Notes: generated by a model from the sequence alone, not told the origin. A stretch of 64,000 bases of DNA from Camelus dromedarius (GCF_036321535.1 NC_087447.1:32552001-32616000), one strand, 5' to 3'. Shown: positions 1-15,163, numbered from the stretch's first letter. Program-made: numbers and translations.

Positions 1-220
1 CAAAGCCAGAGACTAGAGTTTTGCAGCCGCAGCCAAAGAAGGCCTGGAGCCACCAAGGGTTGGAGAGGGAAGGGGAGATTTCCCCCACAGCCTTTGGAGG
101 GAGCGTGACCCTACAAACAGCTTGATGTTGGGCTTCTCGCCTCCAGCACTGTGAGGCAAGATATTTCTATTGTTCTGAGTCCCGACTCTGTGGCAGTTTG
201 TTACAGAAACCTATGGATAC
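1..220 (+). mobile_element. MaLR LTR 3' part (MLT1-like)
   Basis: Typical MLT1 tail: gcctccagcactgtgag...atttctattgtt...tgtggcagtttgttacag. Confidence 0.75.
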
Positions 221-896
221 AACTTTATAAACATTCTTACATGTATTTTATCATCATCAGAACTGCCAAATGGCCATTATCACCCGAGTAACACAAAGGG
301 AAACTGAGAAGGCTAAATTGAAGCCAAAATGACACTAGATTTTGATTACTATAAAACTTAGTTTTAAGAAATCACTTCTGCAATGTGATTTGCTTTCAAC
401 AAAGGAAGTTTGTCTTTGCTTTGGAGAGTGAAGCTGCTCACATATACAGTTTACGAAAATGTTAAAATATATTCCTAGCACCAGGGAAAATGGAAGAAGC
501 CAGAACACACAAAACAGAACATGTAAATAATCCGGTGTCTGGATTATCCAATAGAATGTTGGGCTTCCTCCTTCCCTCCCCCATTTCAAAATTATTACAT
601 AGAAATCACAACCCAACTTGATTATCAACAGCAAATCCTTATCATTTTCACTCACGCAGAGCAGCGTTTCCCATAAATATTCATGGGAAAATTTTTCCTT
701 TCTACACATTCAAAATCCTTGCTTGATGGTCTGGTGTTAGATTTCTGGCACTGTTCAGTGTCAAGGGCACTGCAGCTTCCTCTGAACAAAACATCCTGGA
801 TATCTGCAGAAATGCAGCTGTAGATGCAGACTTCACAGTCTTAAATCAAGAAGGCTTGCATTTGACAGAATCCTGCAAGTTGACAGACAAGCATAT

Positions 897-944
897 AGAC
901 ACACACAGATACCACACACACACACACACACACGCACACACACT
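897..944. repeat. (CA)n microsatellite, imperfect
   Basis: Direct reading. Confidence 0.95.
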
Positions 945-3399
945 CAGAGCATTCTCCCTCCCAGTCTTTGTAGCTATGTCCCTGGTGCAGTATCTTTAAG
1001 TACACAGAGAGAGCCACGGTATGTGTGCACCCACAGTGTTCCTGGCTGCAGAGAAACACGAATATGTTTTCAAGTAACAGGCATTCCTTTCAAACACGGA
1101 CAAGCATTAAGTATGTGACACTTCTATTACACTGATTGACATTTCATTATCTAAATGCCTAACCTTCTTTTTGCTTTGGGATAATTAGTTGTCAGTTCCC
1201 TGAAGCAATTACATTTTCAGTGTTACTCCAGTTCTTCAAAGGGCGATGGGGACACTAAAAAAATCTTATATTTCAGACCAAAGAAAAGTCCTGAGAAAAA
1301 TGCCCTGATCTCAAATGGTTCTGAAAAAAATGAGCCACTGAAAACAATAATACATAAATAAATACCCTCTTACATTACCTTGAGGAAGCACAGAAAAACA
1401 AATTATTTGAATCAGCATCTCATCAGTGAAGTACAGAGGTTAGGCAAGATCACGGAGATTTTTTTCCAGAAGTGAGAGTTGTAATTCTAAGAGTTGGTGG
1501 CATCTGTCATTATGCCAATCCTAAAGTTTCTTTCAAAATGTGGTTACCTCATCTGACCTCTTACCTTAGAAATAAATTGCCATTTAATTTTATATATCTG
1601 TGTATTCAGCATCTCCTTCACATTGCTAGACCTTTTTTTCCCTTTGGTAATTTCTCTCTTCTTGGTAGCTTCATACCACTTGTAGAAGAAATACCATTTT
1701 TTTTTTTTGGTGCCAGACTTTATTGAATTTTTAAGTAAGTTCAGATTCACTCTGTAGCACTGGGAGAATGGAAATGAAGATACAGATGATACACGGGAAC
1801 AGATAGAGTGCACAGGGTCAGGCTTGAAAGGAAGTGGCTACTAGAAGTGGACACTGGAATGACTTTAAGCTGGTGATGGCCACAGGTATAGTAACGAGAA
1901 ACCAAGAGGGGGAAGAAAGGGAGAGCAGCCCTTGCCTGAGCTGTCAGTACAGAGCATAAACAGAGTGGCCTAGAGCAAGGACTTAGTTGGAGGTGAGTGT
2001 GTGCTGGAGAGGAGACAGCCATAGGACATAGGACATAGGGAGCTAACTGGGCCCCAGAGGTTATCAAGTCTAATCCCTTTTATTACGTCAGCAAATGCAT
2101 ATTTAGTTTTCACCATGGGTTGGATGCTGAGGGTTCAACGGTGAGCAGAAGTAACTTGGACCCTGCCCTCACTTGTGAATTCATGGTCAGCTAGTGGGGA
2201 AACGGAGGCTCTGTGTCAGTTGTGATGCATAGTCAGCCAGGGGGCAAATTTGGGGGCAGCAAATTGTCCCAGGTCACACTGCTGGTTTGTGTCAAAGTGC
2301 ATTTTAGAATCTGGGCCTCTGGAAGGGGTTCTGAGACGGCTGCCAGTAGCGGTGAGGCAACGGCATTTATGTGTCAATGTGAAGTACAAAATGCTTTGTC
2401 TTTTCATCAGAATAAATGTGTGGCCTGGGCCATCCTCCTTCAGCGCTCACTCAGCTCCCTGCAGAGTTTCATGTTCGTGGAAGCGTGGCTAAAGAGGGCA
2501 GTTTCAGCTGTTAACCATGCAAGCACAGCTTTCTCAAAACTCTCCCAGAGTTTCACTTGACTGACTCCCCGATTGTCTACCATCAGAGATTCCTACTGCT
2601 GATTTTTTTTTTTTAATATTCATTTCCTCCAAAGGGCTTGCACCCTGCAAAGTGCTCTCAGGGTGCTGAAATGCAGTCGCTTCTGGAGTAAAAGCTTAAG
2701 TTCACTGAATACCACATCTATAAAATTTTCCAGATCAAGGGTTGGCAGACATTGAGAAATGAGCTGCCGGGAAGCTGACTGTCCTTTTCTTCAGTGTGAG
2801 TGTGTGTCTGTGTGCGTTTCTGCAGGGAAAACAGGGTGGGTAAGGAGCAGTAGAAATACCTTCTAGGACACGCTCTTCGCAGATTATTAGAGTCAGAACA
2901 TTTGCCTAGTTTCCTTGGGTTATGTAAGAAGAACATCACAAGGAGTTTTAGGGACATTCAGTTAGTTGCGGGGCACTAAGGAGGTGTTTTTATTTTGAGC
3001 CCAGTGTTTTTTCCATGTTTCTTTCCTGTTGGTTGTTAACACAGCATTTCCTATTGCCTCAGATAGACAAGTTAGTTGTTAAAGCCAAACTGAATGCAAG
3101 AGAGATGAAACGTCACTGAGGAGGTGTTCTGGTGTCAAGTGCGCCTCAGCTGCCGTGGGTGAGTAGCTGCTTTCTTGGTTCGAGCACAGATCGCGTTCTT
3201 TGCTGGGAGACTTACTGAACTGAAATGTAAATAGGTGACTTTTTTATTCCTATTCAAGCAAAAGAGCTCTCAAAGAGAGGAGTCCCTGTATAACCAAGTT
3301 ACGGTGCCCAGCCCTTAATAGATGCTCTACAAATATTAGTTCAATAAATAGGCCAAGAGTAGACCTCAGAGAGACATGCAGCAGTGGGGAGGCAGCATG

Positions 3400-3600
3400 A
3401 TTCAGTCAGTGTGAAGAGAAGGGGACTTAGGATCTTAAGTTTGGGATATTTGGCCATGTATGTAACCTCTCTGAGGCTCGGCTCCTTCATTGAGAAAATT
3501 CAGATAACAATGCCCATCTCACAGGACCATTCTGGGAAATTAAATAAAATACTATTTGAAAGTCCTCCCTCTCATATTAAATGCTACAAAATGTGCTTGA
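3400..3600 (+). mobile_element. MIR SINE fragment
   Basis: MIR core-like aacctctctgaggctcggctccttcattgagaaaattcagataacaatgccc. Confidence 0.6.
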
Positions 3601-3669
3601 CAACTACTAATTGTCATCCCTTGCTGCAATATATTTGACCCTCAGGAGAAGGAGAATGTTATTTTATGT

Positions 3670-3860
3670 AGTGGTTCCAGAAAGTAAATAGGTGGACTGC
3701 ATGTAAATCACCAAAGGAATCTGGAAAAAATACAGATTCTCAGGTTTCATCCTCCACCTACTGAGTTAGGATCTCTGAACAAGCAGCCTGAAAAATCTCA
3801 GCTTTTGTTTGTAGCCCTCTAGGAGACTGTGATATGCAGTTCCATTTAGGAACACTGATT
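3670..3860. mobile_element. MER5-like hAT DNA transposon fossil
   Basis: cagtggtt-like start, aaatacagattctcagg, ...aggaacactg end. Confidence 0.55.
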
Positions 3861-6169
3861 TTTTTTGTGGATTGAGCTCCCTAAAATAATGATATCCAGG
3901 CTCTTCTGTAATTACGGTTATTTTTCTTTATTTCCCCCTGAATGCAGGTTTTCTGTGACTAATTTAGTGCCCTTTTGTATATAGTTGTTTGATAAATATT
4001 CTCAGCCAACTAATAAACACATGGCTTGGTAAACAACATATTTAGCCAAAAACAAATTGGTATTTGTTATTTTATTTCTAAGAAGATTTAGGAGGGACGC
4101 ACACACACACACATTTCCCTGGGAGAATATTGTATGATTGTAACTTAAAGTGGCCATGCTACCGGCAGACACATAAGTAGACTGATGGTTCATCTTTGCA
4201 AGTGAAAGATTCAGCTATTTTCCTACCTTACAAATTTCTTCTATAATTGGTCTAAAACCAATAATGCCTACCACCTAAATTATATACGCCTACTTGTTTA
4301 GAAAACTGATTTTTCTTTTCTTCTCATGGGGCTTGATTTTCATGTGTTTGTTTTAATTTTGTCACGACATTTCCCACTATATATATGCCAAATTTGACAC
4401 CAAATGAAATTCTTAGACTCTATAAACACATTTTTTTTTTATCAAGTACTTAAAACCTCATTTTCTATTGGGGGATAGTTAGACCTCTTAGTCAAAGAGG
4501 TTATAATGTTACCTGAGGTCCAGTGCATGAACTGACATAAAGTATGTCTATATAGCTTTGGCCTAGTCACTTGACATCTATGGATATGAATTTTCTCATG
4601 AAATAAAATGAAAGATAATAGTAGATGATTTTTAGATTTCTTCCACATTTTACGTGATAGGATTCATTGAGTCCCTCTAATACTGGGGGTGAGAAGAATC
4701 TAGAATAAAAAGAACCTATGATATCAAACCATACGTGTCTCATGAGTGGAGTAGCTTAAAAAAAAAGATTAAGCTTTACAGGTTTATTACAATAAGAATG
4801 GAAAATAATCTATAAATCTTGTTGTAAAGATGTCCATGAACTACTTCCATCCAGAGGCTCAGTTACAGGCTACTCTTTGAGAGTTATTAACTACGAGTGC
4901 ATCCCAACAGTAATGGGTAATTGCCTTAGAAAAACCATCCTGGCATAGCTTGAATGCGCCTGGTTCCCATTCATAACCCATCATTTTAAAAAGATACATC
5001 ATTTAAAGGATAAACATAAAATATGAACTCTACAGCCCAATGAAATGACTCTCTCATCAAAATTTAAATTGTGTCTTAAATCTACACAAAGTGGCACAGA
5101 GGGAGCCAGAAGCATATCCAGGCAAGAGAATTTTCTGCTTTGACTTGCATTTCCCTCAGCTTCCCACCTGATTCCTTCTTCCCTCCAGGGAAATACGAAC
5201 TGTGATAAGGAACATAATGACCAGCATAATGTGGTTGCCTAGTTATATCCCTTTAATCCAATTAGAAATCCTTCAGAACCCCTGCTTGTGCTATCAATTG
5301 CAGCCGCTTTTCCTCAGTCAATTTATGCTCAGATCCATCAACACCACTTAATGTGCCCTGCTGTTCAGGGTCATTCAGCATCTTCTTTGTTAGTCTCTCA
5401 AGCACCATGCACGTCAACACATCAGCATACCCACCATCTCCTCTTGATACCATTGATACCCCTCCTACCATTTCCTCTCTCCCTTCCCATTCTTTATTTT
5501 TATTTCCTTCTCTTTCCCTCTTTTAATTATGGAAAAGAGAAGTATTTATTAATTTTGAATTTAAAAGAAGGAAACAGGTGATCTCTACATACCCACTCTA
5601 ATATTTCTTTAAAAAAAAAAAAAGGGACAGAAAATGGGTGGATATATAGTCTTTATTTTCCAAAATGTCGTCCTTTTGCTCCTTTCCTTTCTCTTTCCAT
5701 CTAATTTCAAGCCTTTGCAAATAGCTTGCGAATCCCTGCAGCCTTGTTAACTTGGCAGGAAATACAGCTTTCTCAGTTAGAAGGCACTGATAACGATATG
5801 CAGAAGAGATAATCTTTGATGGGAAATTGAAAGCCAAGAAAGGTTCTAACCACTAATTGGCTCTATGACTTTGGGCAAGTTATGTCTCTGAGCCTCACTT
5901 TTCTCGTATGAATAATGAGGAAACTCTAGATGAGTAATTTTTGAGTGGGCATCTTAAAGCCTGAATTAAAGGGCAAGGAAGGGGAAAGTATTTGGGGCTT
6001 TGCAACACCTATTTTCATTTGAAGAAAAAAAAAAAAAAGACTTCAAGACTGGGATGTTTTAAAGGTCCTTTCTAGTTCCATGACCCAGAATTTGAGAAGT
6101 CAGAACCAAAATGATAACCATAATGACAACTGTTAATATGGCTTCTTAGTTTACGAAGCATTTTGGATT

Positions 6170-6680
6170 CATGAGGTAGAAATAAATGAAGACCACCCAG
6201 ATGAGAATAAGCACAGTTTACTTACTGAGAACTCACTGTAGCTAGGAAGTCAGCCACCATCACTTGTGTTTGGCAGAGATGCCAAGGCAGATAAGAGTGA
6301 GAAAGCTTTATAGGAGAAAAAGAGACGGCTTCAGGTGTGCCCCTGAAGGAGGCTGCTGGCCTGAGGAAGGTGTAGATAAGCTAAGTAGAAGTTGGGCTCC
6401 TATGTGATTGGTTAGGGGTGCATAGTTCACTTGAATTGCTCCTAGTTGGAGGTGGGGGCAAAATTTGGGGAAAGTGTCAGTTATTAATCAATTCCTGGTC
6501 ATTTGGGGCTGATTTTTACAGAGATTGTTGCCTGGCTTCTTGGACTAGTTGTTCGAAATAGTAGTCTGACTTCTTGAACTGGTTCCTGTAAATAGTATGT
6601 TGACTTCCTGGGCTGATTGCTGCAGGTTGTGGGTCAGAGTTCTATTTTTATATAGTCTGGGTTGTTACCTCTTTGTACAT
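6170..6680 (-). mobile_element. Ancient solo LTR (MER68/MER77-like)
   Basis: agtcagccaccatcacttgtgtttggcagaga...gtgattggttaggggtgcatag resembles recalled consensus; family tentative. Confidence 0.55.
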
Positions 6681-9409
6681 TTAGTCTCTCAATAATTTCA
6701 TTGGAGCACCAAAACAGCAATGTAAATGGGGATGACCAGCTTCTATTTTTCCTACTCTCTATTAATTCTCTCCATCTGAGAGCTAGTTTTCAGTTCAAGG
6801 CCTCTTTTTTTTTTTATGTCAAGCCCTTACCTATCTTATTTGTAAATCCCCTGTCTCTGCTGGGATTTTTTTTTTTCTTTTCTTTTTCTTCCTAGTAAAG
6901 GAAATACAAGGATGATTAAAAATGTCTACCTCTCACACTCCCAACTTAGGTTGGAATGAAAACCTCTGACCAATACTATTTAGTAGATGGCCTTCTGCCA
7001 CCAGCATTGGCTCCCACAGAATCTGTGCAGCTCAGCTTTTGGCTGCTAGATGCTATAAATTCACACTGCTTGGGTTCCTTTGAAGCCAGGCTGCTAGTGT
7101 CAGCTATAGAGTAGAAGACTTCTCTGCAGGATGTGTGTAAAATCTGCCAAAGCTACCCAAGGAAAGTCAATTGCCTCTCCCTCCAGTGTCAGGCTTCCAG
7201 CTCTCCCCTTAGATTCTCTTTTACTATGCCATATAACAGGACACAGGTTTAATGTCTTTTTCTTTCAGTTTTGTGGAAACACCCAAAGGGCAACATGACA
7301 TCAACCAAGTAAGCAAGCAAGCAAACAAACCCAGTGACCTAATTTTGCTATCTCATTTTTCTTCAAGGCAGATATACAAACAAACCCTGTTAGTGACCCT
7401 AGGTTACATAATTCTGGTCTGGTTGCACATGAAGGCATTGAAAGACTTAAAGTCTCAAAAGAGTAAGGTGATTTTAGAATTTGGGCCTCCTGGCTTTGGC
7501 TTGAATGAGCGCATGCCATTATACCACATTTCATCTCCAGATATGGTACCCTGATTGAAAAACCACAATATCAGTCGTACCTGTTAGATAGGTGCCTAGG
7601 CCAATTTATCTTCAGGCCGGAGAGGGAATCTCACGATTTGTTTACATTTCCTACTCTGGGTTATTTAGGTTATCTTGTTTTGGATTGAGCTAACTCAGCC
7701 TGCAAAACTTCCTGGATAAACTTGGGTAGCACCGTTAGAGAATTTTTAAAGACCTTTATCCCTTCATTATCTTTACATTTGACTTGCAGATCTTCCCTTC
7801 CTGAGGGAACATCCAGCTAGAATCTTTGAGAATATGCAGAAAGAGCTCAGAAATGTTGGCAAACTTATTCTCTGAATCTAGTTGTGTACAGATTCCTCAC
7901 CCAGTCAGGTAAACCTGTGTTTCCTGATAAACGGAACCACTAGGCAAGCTATGTGCTATCATCTAACAATATGGGCTTTTTGGCAATTTATTCCCTATGA
8001 GCGGATATCATGAGCCTCCAGCAAGTATTTAATGATGAATGAAACACCCTGTTCAATGAAACACCTTGTTCTTGCCCCATGATATTTACTGTTGCCCAAC
8101 GTCCTGTCTACTTCCATGACTCCAAGCTTTTAGTTGATTTATCCAAAAGATATTTTCAAGCACCTTCTGGTACCAGCCTGTGTGTTATATATTTTGGATA
8201 CATTAAATCTATTTTTGAAGAGAAAATATTTTGAAGATCAAATAACTCATGCCCTTTTTTGCTGCCAGGAATACCCTTATTCTTCTTCTTCACCTCCGAT
8301 TCTCCTACGCATCCTTCAAGACTAGCTAAAAGTATCTACCTTGGCCTTATTCACAGATGTCCTAAGATCAAGGTTTGGCATGACTTGGGGGCTTCTACCA
8401 AGGTCTTCGCTACCTAAGTTAACTGTGTATGTTAAATTTCTTCCTTATAAAATATAATACAACGGCCATCATTTTCAATTCCCACAGCTCTGAGGGAGGG
8501 GGCTGATTTTATTTGGGACAAAGCATTGGAGAGTTCAGGCTAAAGACATCGGTGAAAAGTAAGGAGTTTTTTTTTTTTTTTTTTTTTTTTGCCAAGCAAT
8601 TAAGAAGAGCATAGAACTAGTCCTATGATCCTAGTACAACATGCAAAAATAGAAGTCCAGCCAAAAGCTTAACTGAGAGAAAGAGACAGTCCAGAGGAGC
8701 CCTCCTGGGATCACACTCACCCTTGGAGGTCTGAAAGGGTGTGCGTGGATACTAGGCTGCGTCCACTCAGGAGCAGTCAGAGTAGGATGAAGGCAGATTT
8801 GAAAGCGTTCCCTAAGCAACACACAGAGCCAACAGCTCTAGCTCAAGGGGCTTAAACACAATCTATGAATAAACACTGGTTGAACAATATGATGCTCTGA
8901 ACAAGGAGCAATGCCTAGGAAGACTGGTTTAAAAACAGTCACCCTTATGCCTGGTGGTTTGGAAGACAGTGCATGTCCAGTGCTAGAAGTGACTGGAGAG
9001 GAAACTTCTAAGCTTCTAGTCTCTGGTTGAATGTGAGGCAAGACTGTAAACTGTCTGAATTGTGAAGTGATGTCCAAGCCACACATATGTCCGAAGGTAA
9101 TGAGTGAAAGTTTAACTGGCCAGTTGGACTTGAGCACAACCTTCTACGAATAGGTGGCTTCTGTTGACCCAGGGGCAAACCCCAGGAAACCAGGCTAAAA
9201 GACATAAAGAAGGAAAACAGTTCTGGGTAGGAACATTGAAGGCAGGGGAACTACACACTGCAGGGGAAATAAGCTTCACAAAATTCATTCAGCCAAGTTA
9301 TTAAATACAGAAACAAATGAAACAGACAACGACAAGTTGCAGAGGCAAGGGGAATCTATACATAATGCAAAGTGCCTAGCCTGTTGCCTGGCTTATGCCA
9401 GTCACTAGT

Positions 9410-9610
9410 ATGAGTTAGACTGACTGAGACCTCGCATTGCTCTGTCATGGACTTGCTGTGTGCAAGTTGCTTCACTTCTCTGTGCCTCAGTTTCCTGTAA
9501 TACAGTGATAATAACAGCACCTATTTCATAAGATTGTTGTGAGGGTTAAATAAATTGTACATGTCAAGAACTGGCACACAGTCTATACTCAATCAATATT
9601 AACGATTGCC
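9410..9610 (+). mobile_element. MIR SINE
   Basis: cacttctctgtgcctcagtttcc...ataataacagcacctatttcataagattgttgtgagggttaaa. Confidence 0.8.
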
Positions 9611-10599
9611 ATCATTGACTGTGGTTGCCTTTTCCACTATTTTACGTATAATATGTGCAAGTTGCTGAGATTCCTCCAATAGATTGCTACCCCTTTTGGA
9701 CTGAGTATTGGTTCTTTAAAATGTCAATAGTCCTGGGAAGGTTTGTCTAGGAAGACATGGGCACCTTTTGGTAAATATGTCCTTTACTTTTTCATTGTCA
9801 TAGATCAAAAGGGCCAAAAAGGAAGAGGGCAACACCAAGGTGGAAAGAGGGAAACCAAGGAGGATACCAAAAGACAAATTACACTGCCTTTGCAATTTCA
9901 CCTAGGGACAAGCCCTTTGTGCTCATCCTAGTGGGATATTACAGAATTGTAGAGATGACTGACATTCAATTGCATAGGTAAAGTCTCTGATTTCTTTGAA
10001 GCCCTACACCTTATTGTTTGTTGCTAAGTGAGCTAATCCCCTCATTTATGTTTGATTGTGAACAGACAGAAAGACATACTATGTCACCAGACCTCTCTAG
10101 AATACTGCGGGATTATTTGGTTCAGCATTTCTTACAAGCCAGACATTAGATCAGCTTCACCACCCATGATTCTGTTTGCTGGCATTAAATGCCCAAATCT
10201 CCCACAAGCTTTCCTGACCACACATCCCGCCTGGTGAACAAATAAACTTAAACTCTTTATTACAAAAGGAAAAATGCAGAGAAAAGGAAAGCTCCCAGTT
10301 TCCCTTATGCACTGCTCAGGTAGAAAGGAAATGCTTTTTATTTTCCCCACTAGAATTTAATTTCCTTGGTTTTAGCCATAGACATGATAATAAATATAAA
10401 TTACTTCAGGGCACATTTAAAAAAAAACAAAACCCTTTACAGAGGTTAGCAGTTGCCCTACAATTTGAGTAAGGTTCATAAAAAATGGCTTGATGTGGTG
10501 TGAATGTGCTTTCTTTTTAAAAACAAATTAGGCGCTGTTTTCTGCTCCTAATTGGAGCTTTGTGTTTCCATAGAAGCCTTATTTCTTTTTCTTATTCTT

Positions 10600-12200
10600 A
10601 TATTTTATTAAACAAACAGTATTTTTTTCCTTTTTGTTCTTTCCATTTAGTGAGAACTACTCTAAAATTTTAAACATTCACAAAGTAAACAGGATGAGAG
10701 GCCCACAAATACATCTCCCAAAACCAAAAATTTATCTAGGTTTTGTCACACTTGCTACATCAGTCTCTTTATATTCCTCCCTCTTTTTTTTCTTAAAGCA
10801 TTTTAAACAAATCCCAAACATGTTATTTCAACCTACAGACATCCATATGTATCTCTAAAATGTTTTCTTACATGACCATGGGGCTGTTATCTCAGGTAAC
10901 AAAATCTGTGCTCATTATTTGTACCGTCTAATACCTGGTCCATAATCAAAATGTTTCTGTTGTTTTCTTACTGGTGGGTTGTTTAAGTTAGGATCCAACT
11001 CAAGTCCTGCATTACATATGGTTCTTGTGAATCTGAGCCTCTTTAATTCTAGAATTGTATGCTTCTTTTTAATTTTATTTATTTAATTGTTTCGTACTAC
11101 TGATTTATTTAAAAACAAAACTTATGTCAGTTGATCTTAAGAGTGTTCCGCATTGTAGATGTATATCTTTGCTTCTTCTGACAATTTCCCATAAACTGGA
11201 AGTAATCTCTGGAGACTGACACTCCATTAAAATCTGGTTCAAGCATTTTGGTAAAAATATTTCATCGATGCTGCTGTGTGTCTTACATCCATCACATCGA
11301 GAGACACAAAATACCTGGCCACCTCCCTTCTGGTGATACTGATTGATCCGTGCTTTCCAGTTGTGACAGCCTCACCCTTCTGCTGTTCTTTTTCCCATCA
11401 GCATTTTACATGACAGTTCTTGCCCCTAATAATCATTGCCAGAAGCAATGATTGCATTGGAGGTTGCAAAATACATATTTTTAATACAGAAAAAAATGTC
11501 TTTCATATAATAGGGTGATTTGGGTAACCTGAAATACAATTCCTATGGGAAAAGCCTTTCATCGTTAAATTTTTAGAGCAAGGATTTTGTGCCTCTTACT
11601 TTTAAAACAACCAATTGATTGGGAGAAGTGTGGTTCTCTTTCTCTCTCCCCGTCTCTAGCTCCTTCTCACATATCATCATGAATTTACAGATTTTATGTA
11701 TGCGGTGAATTTAAGTCAATTTCAGTTATTCTTTCAATGCTTAAATTGTGTCTCTTTGCATCTTTGGCCAGTAGAATTCCCTCTATATTGGACACTGTGT
11801 CCTTTTGACATGACCAGTAAGTCTGATCGTTACCCTGCTTTTTTGCATAAAAGATATCCTAGACTTACCAAGTATCTATGATTCCCCAATCTGGATCCAG
11901 CCATTACCTCTGGAGCTCTCAGCTCCACAGTCTAGCCTCTAGATGAATTCATTGTTCCTGAACTTTCTTTACTTTTAAACCTTTCCTGTTATGAGAGCTA
12001 GTAAATGTGTATTTGGGGGGAAGCAATAATATGTTGGGTTAAATTCTACTTCGTCTGATACTAAAACTGCACATTCTCCTTTCTTTTCACTTGCATTTGC
12101 ATGATGTGTATTTGCCTAGCCATTCATTTTTAACTGTTCCGAACCACTTTCTATTAGGCGAGTCTGTTGCATTCAGTAAACAGTTGGATATGGATTTGTT
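10600..12200 (-). mobile_element. Old L1 (L1M-type) fragments
   Basis: Degenerate T-rich L1 3'UTR/ORF2-like motifs, e.g. tttgcatgatgtgtatttgcctagccattcatttttaac. Confidence 0.5.
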
Positions 12201-12469
12201 AGTCACTGCAAACATCTTTTTTTCTTCCTTTTACTAAAGTATATATATTGATCGATAAACTACTGGAAATTCTAATTTCTGCCTTATGGTTTTACATATT
12301 TATTAATACACATGCACACACTAAACATTTCATTGCATTGTCATTTCCAAAAGCTTTTATTGGTATTTATTTTGGTTTTTAGAATAGTTTAGCTTTTTAT
12401 TCTAGTGGTTTCTAATAGACCAATGTCTTTCTTTATATACTATCTTGAGTACTATCTTAAGATAATATC

Positions 12470-13051
12470 AATTTTTTTAACTTTTTTTATTGAGTTACAT
12501 TCATTTTACAATGTTGTGTCAAATTCCAGTGTAGAGCACAATTTTTCAGTTATACATGAACATACATATATTCATTGTCACATTTTTTTCGCTGTGAGCT
12601 ACCACAAGATCTTGTATATATTTCCCTGTGCATACAGTATAATCTTGTTTATCTACCCTGCATATGCCTGTCAGTATCTACAAATTTTGAACTCCTAGTC
12701 TATCCCTTCCCACCTCCCTCCCCCTTGGCAACCACAAGTTTGTATTCTATGTCTATGAGTCTGTTTCTGTTTTGTATTTATGTTCTTTTTTTTTTTAGAT
12801 TCCACATATGAGCAATCTCATATGGTATTTTTCTTTCTCTTTCTGGCCTACTTCACTTAGAATGACATTCTCCAGGGACATCCATGTTGCTGCAAAAGGC
12901 GTTATGTTGTCATTTTTATAGCTGAATAGTATTCCATTGTATAAATACACCATATCTTCTTTATCCAGTCATCTGTCAATGGACATTTAGGCTGTTTCCA
13001 TGCTTTGGCTATTGTAAATAGTGCTGCTATGAACATTGGAGAGCAGGTGTC
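12470..13051 (-). mobile_element. Young 5'-truncated L1 3' end with TSD
   Basis: L1 3'UTR (tatccagtcatctgtcaatggacatttagg); 11-bp direct repeat aagataatatc at 12459-12469 and 13052-13062. Confidence 0.92.
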
Positions 13052-14519
13052 AAGATAATATCTATCAGCTACCTACAATAAACAAAAAAAGAACATTTTT
13101 CTCTTCTCTTCCCCTCCTTCTCTTCCATTACTCAACTTTAATGACACTTACCATGTTTGAATTATCTTTGCACTCTTACAAATGCTTATACTTGTGCTGC
13201 TTCATTTGCCTTGTAAGTTAATAACAATGGGACCATCAGTGGACATGCTCTGCTTTGTTTCTCCCATCTTCTCCCATTTTTGTTAACTATATTACATTTC
13301 TATTGTCTGAGAGCATGACATTTACAAACCGTTTTGTCACCCTTATCTTTTCTGTTGCTTCTTGTTTGAAAGCTCACCCCTGGACTTTTCACAACCTGTC
13401 CACTCCTTCTTGGTGCCTGAACTTGTTCTGGAGTGTGTTCCTTTAGGGAAGATTTATGGGGTGCCTATTTCCCAAGTGATCCAGAGAAGTTCTGTGGAGA
13501 GTAAGAAACTGAGGTCCTTGGAGATCCTAGAATAGGCACATATTTGGTGCCAATCATATGTCAGGCCTATGTGGCAGGCAATTCAGAGATCATTAGACTG
13601 AGGTTCTTGCCTTCAAGAAGTCCACAGCCTTTATAATACAGTAGTGCTATGTGGCACTGCAAATCTCAGAGTTCTGATAAAGTATTACCAGATAACTTTT
13701 AGCCTATGTTTCTGAGCACCAGATTTCAGAATCTCTAATATCAGTCTGTTCCTTTTTATCTGGCCTACCCTATAGGCTACCATGTATGTAAGAATTGTAC
13801 TGACATACATGGGGATAGATGTCATGGCTGGAGAAAATTCATTGTTCTTATAAGAAACTACTAAACTATACTAAACCATTTGGGCAAAAAAAAAAAAAAA
13901 AAAAAAATCCAAATTCATCCTTGGCCTCTCTCCCATTCTGTAACTAAGTTGCGTCCTTCTGTCCTTCTGGCAGCTGCCTCGTACCATGATACTGCCTGCT
14001 CTTTTCCTAGAGCACTTCCTGTGCTCTCAACCTCCCTGCCCATAGTAATCTCCATCCACCATCACAGATGATTGAACTTTGTTTCGTTTATCCAGGATAC
14101 TACTCTCATCCAACCCATTGTACTAATTCATAGATAGATAATTAAATTTCATTTCTTATGCTAACTCTGATATTGAGTGCCTGGAAATACTATGTTGCAA
14201 AAAGGCTACATCCAGTCTCAGTAGGACTACAGTGATTAATTAAGGGTATTTGCCAGTGATGAGGAATGGCAGATGGAAACCCTGGTATCTACGATCTCTA
14301 CATTAATTCATGATGATTCTATGCTATTTTACATAACGTTGCCCACTTACACTGCAACTGCTTTTGAGATTGGGGCCCATTGAGCATCTGAACTTTTAAT
14401 TATATAGCAACAAGAAAATCAAAGAGATATTCAATATAAGCAATCTCAATTGTTGAAGATGTTTATGGAGTAAACATTTTTGGTTGATTAATAAACATGG
14501 TCATCATCAGGGTACCAGA

Positions 14520-15100
14520 GATATTATATTATTCACTTAATGGCACTAATTAAATGTCTTGAGCTAGGTTCTGGGTATTCAGAGATAAAAAGTATACTTA
14601 CTTTATAGCTTAATTTAAATGATGGAAACAAACAAGTTAATAAACAAATTCAATATAATATGATAATTATTTTGTTGGAGGTTTGCACAGTTGCTTTGGG
14701 AGCACCAAGGGGCTCTAATTCAGAAAAGAGGCTCACAGACATATTCCTAAAGGGAGCAATTCTTGAGCTGAGTCTTAAAGAGTAAATAGGAATTAGCAAA
14801 ACACAGGGTGTTGATGAGGGGAAGTTTTTGTAAGAACAGAGAACAACACATGTGGTGAAGGTACTGAGTCGAGAAACAACATGATGACTTGTAGAATTAG
14901 GTGTTTGCTGCCGTGTGGATGTAGGATCAAGTGTGTCGAGAACTGAAACTAGGGAGGCAGGCAGAGATGAGCCATTATGCACCTTTGTGCCAACTTCAGG
15001 ATTTTTTTTTTAACCTTATTAAGCAGACTATTGCCCCCTGCCTCCCAAACAGGGAATGTAATGACCTTATTTAAAGATTTTGGTGATAAAATATGCTGAT
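14520..15100 (-). mobile_element. L2 fragment
   Basis: attcacttaa...taaatgtcttgagctagg; ttgagctgagtcttaaagagtaaataggaattagc. Confidence 0.65.
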
Positions 15101-15163
15101 GAAGATCATTGAACATAATATTCATTAATTCATTTACTTAACAAATAATTGTTAAGCATTCAC

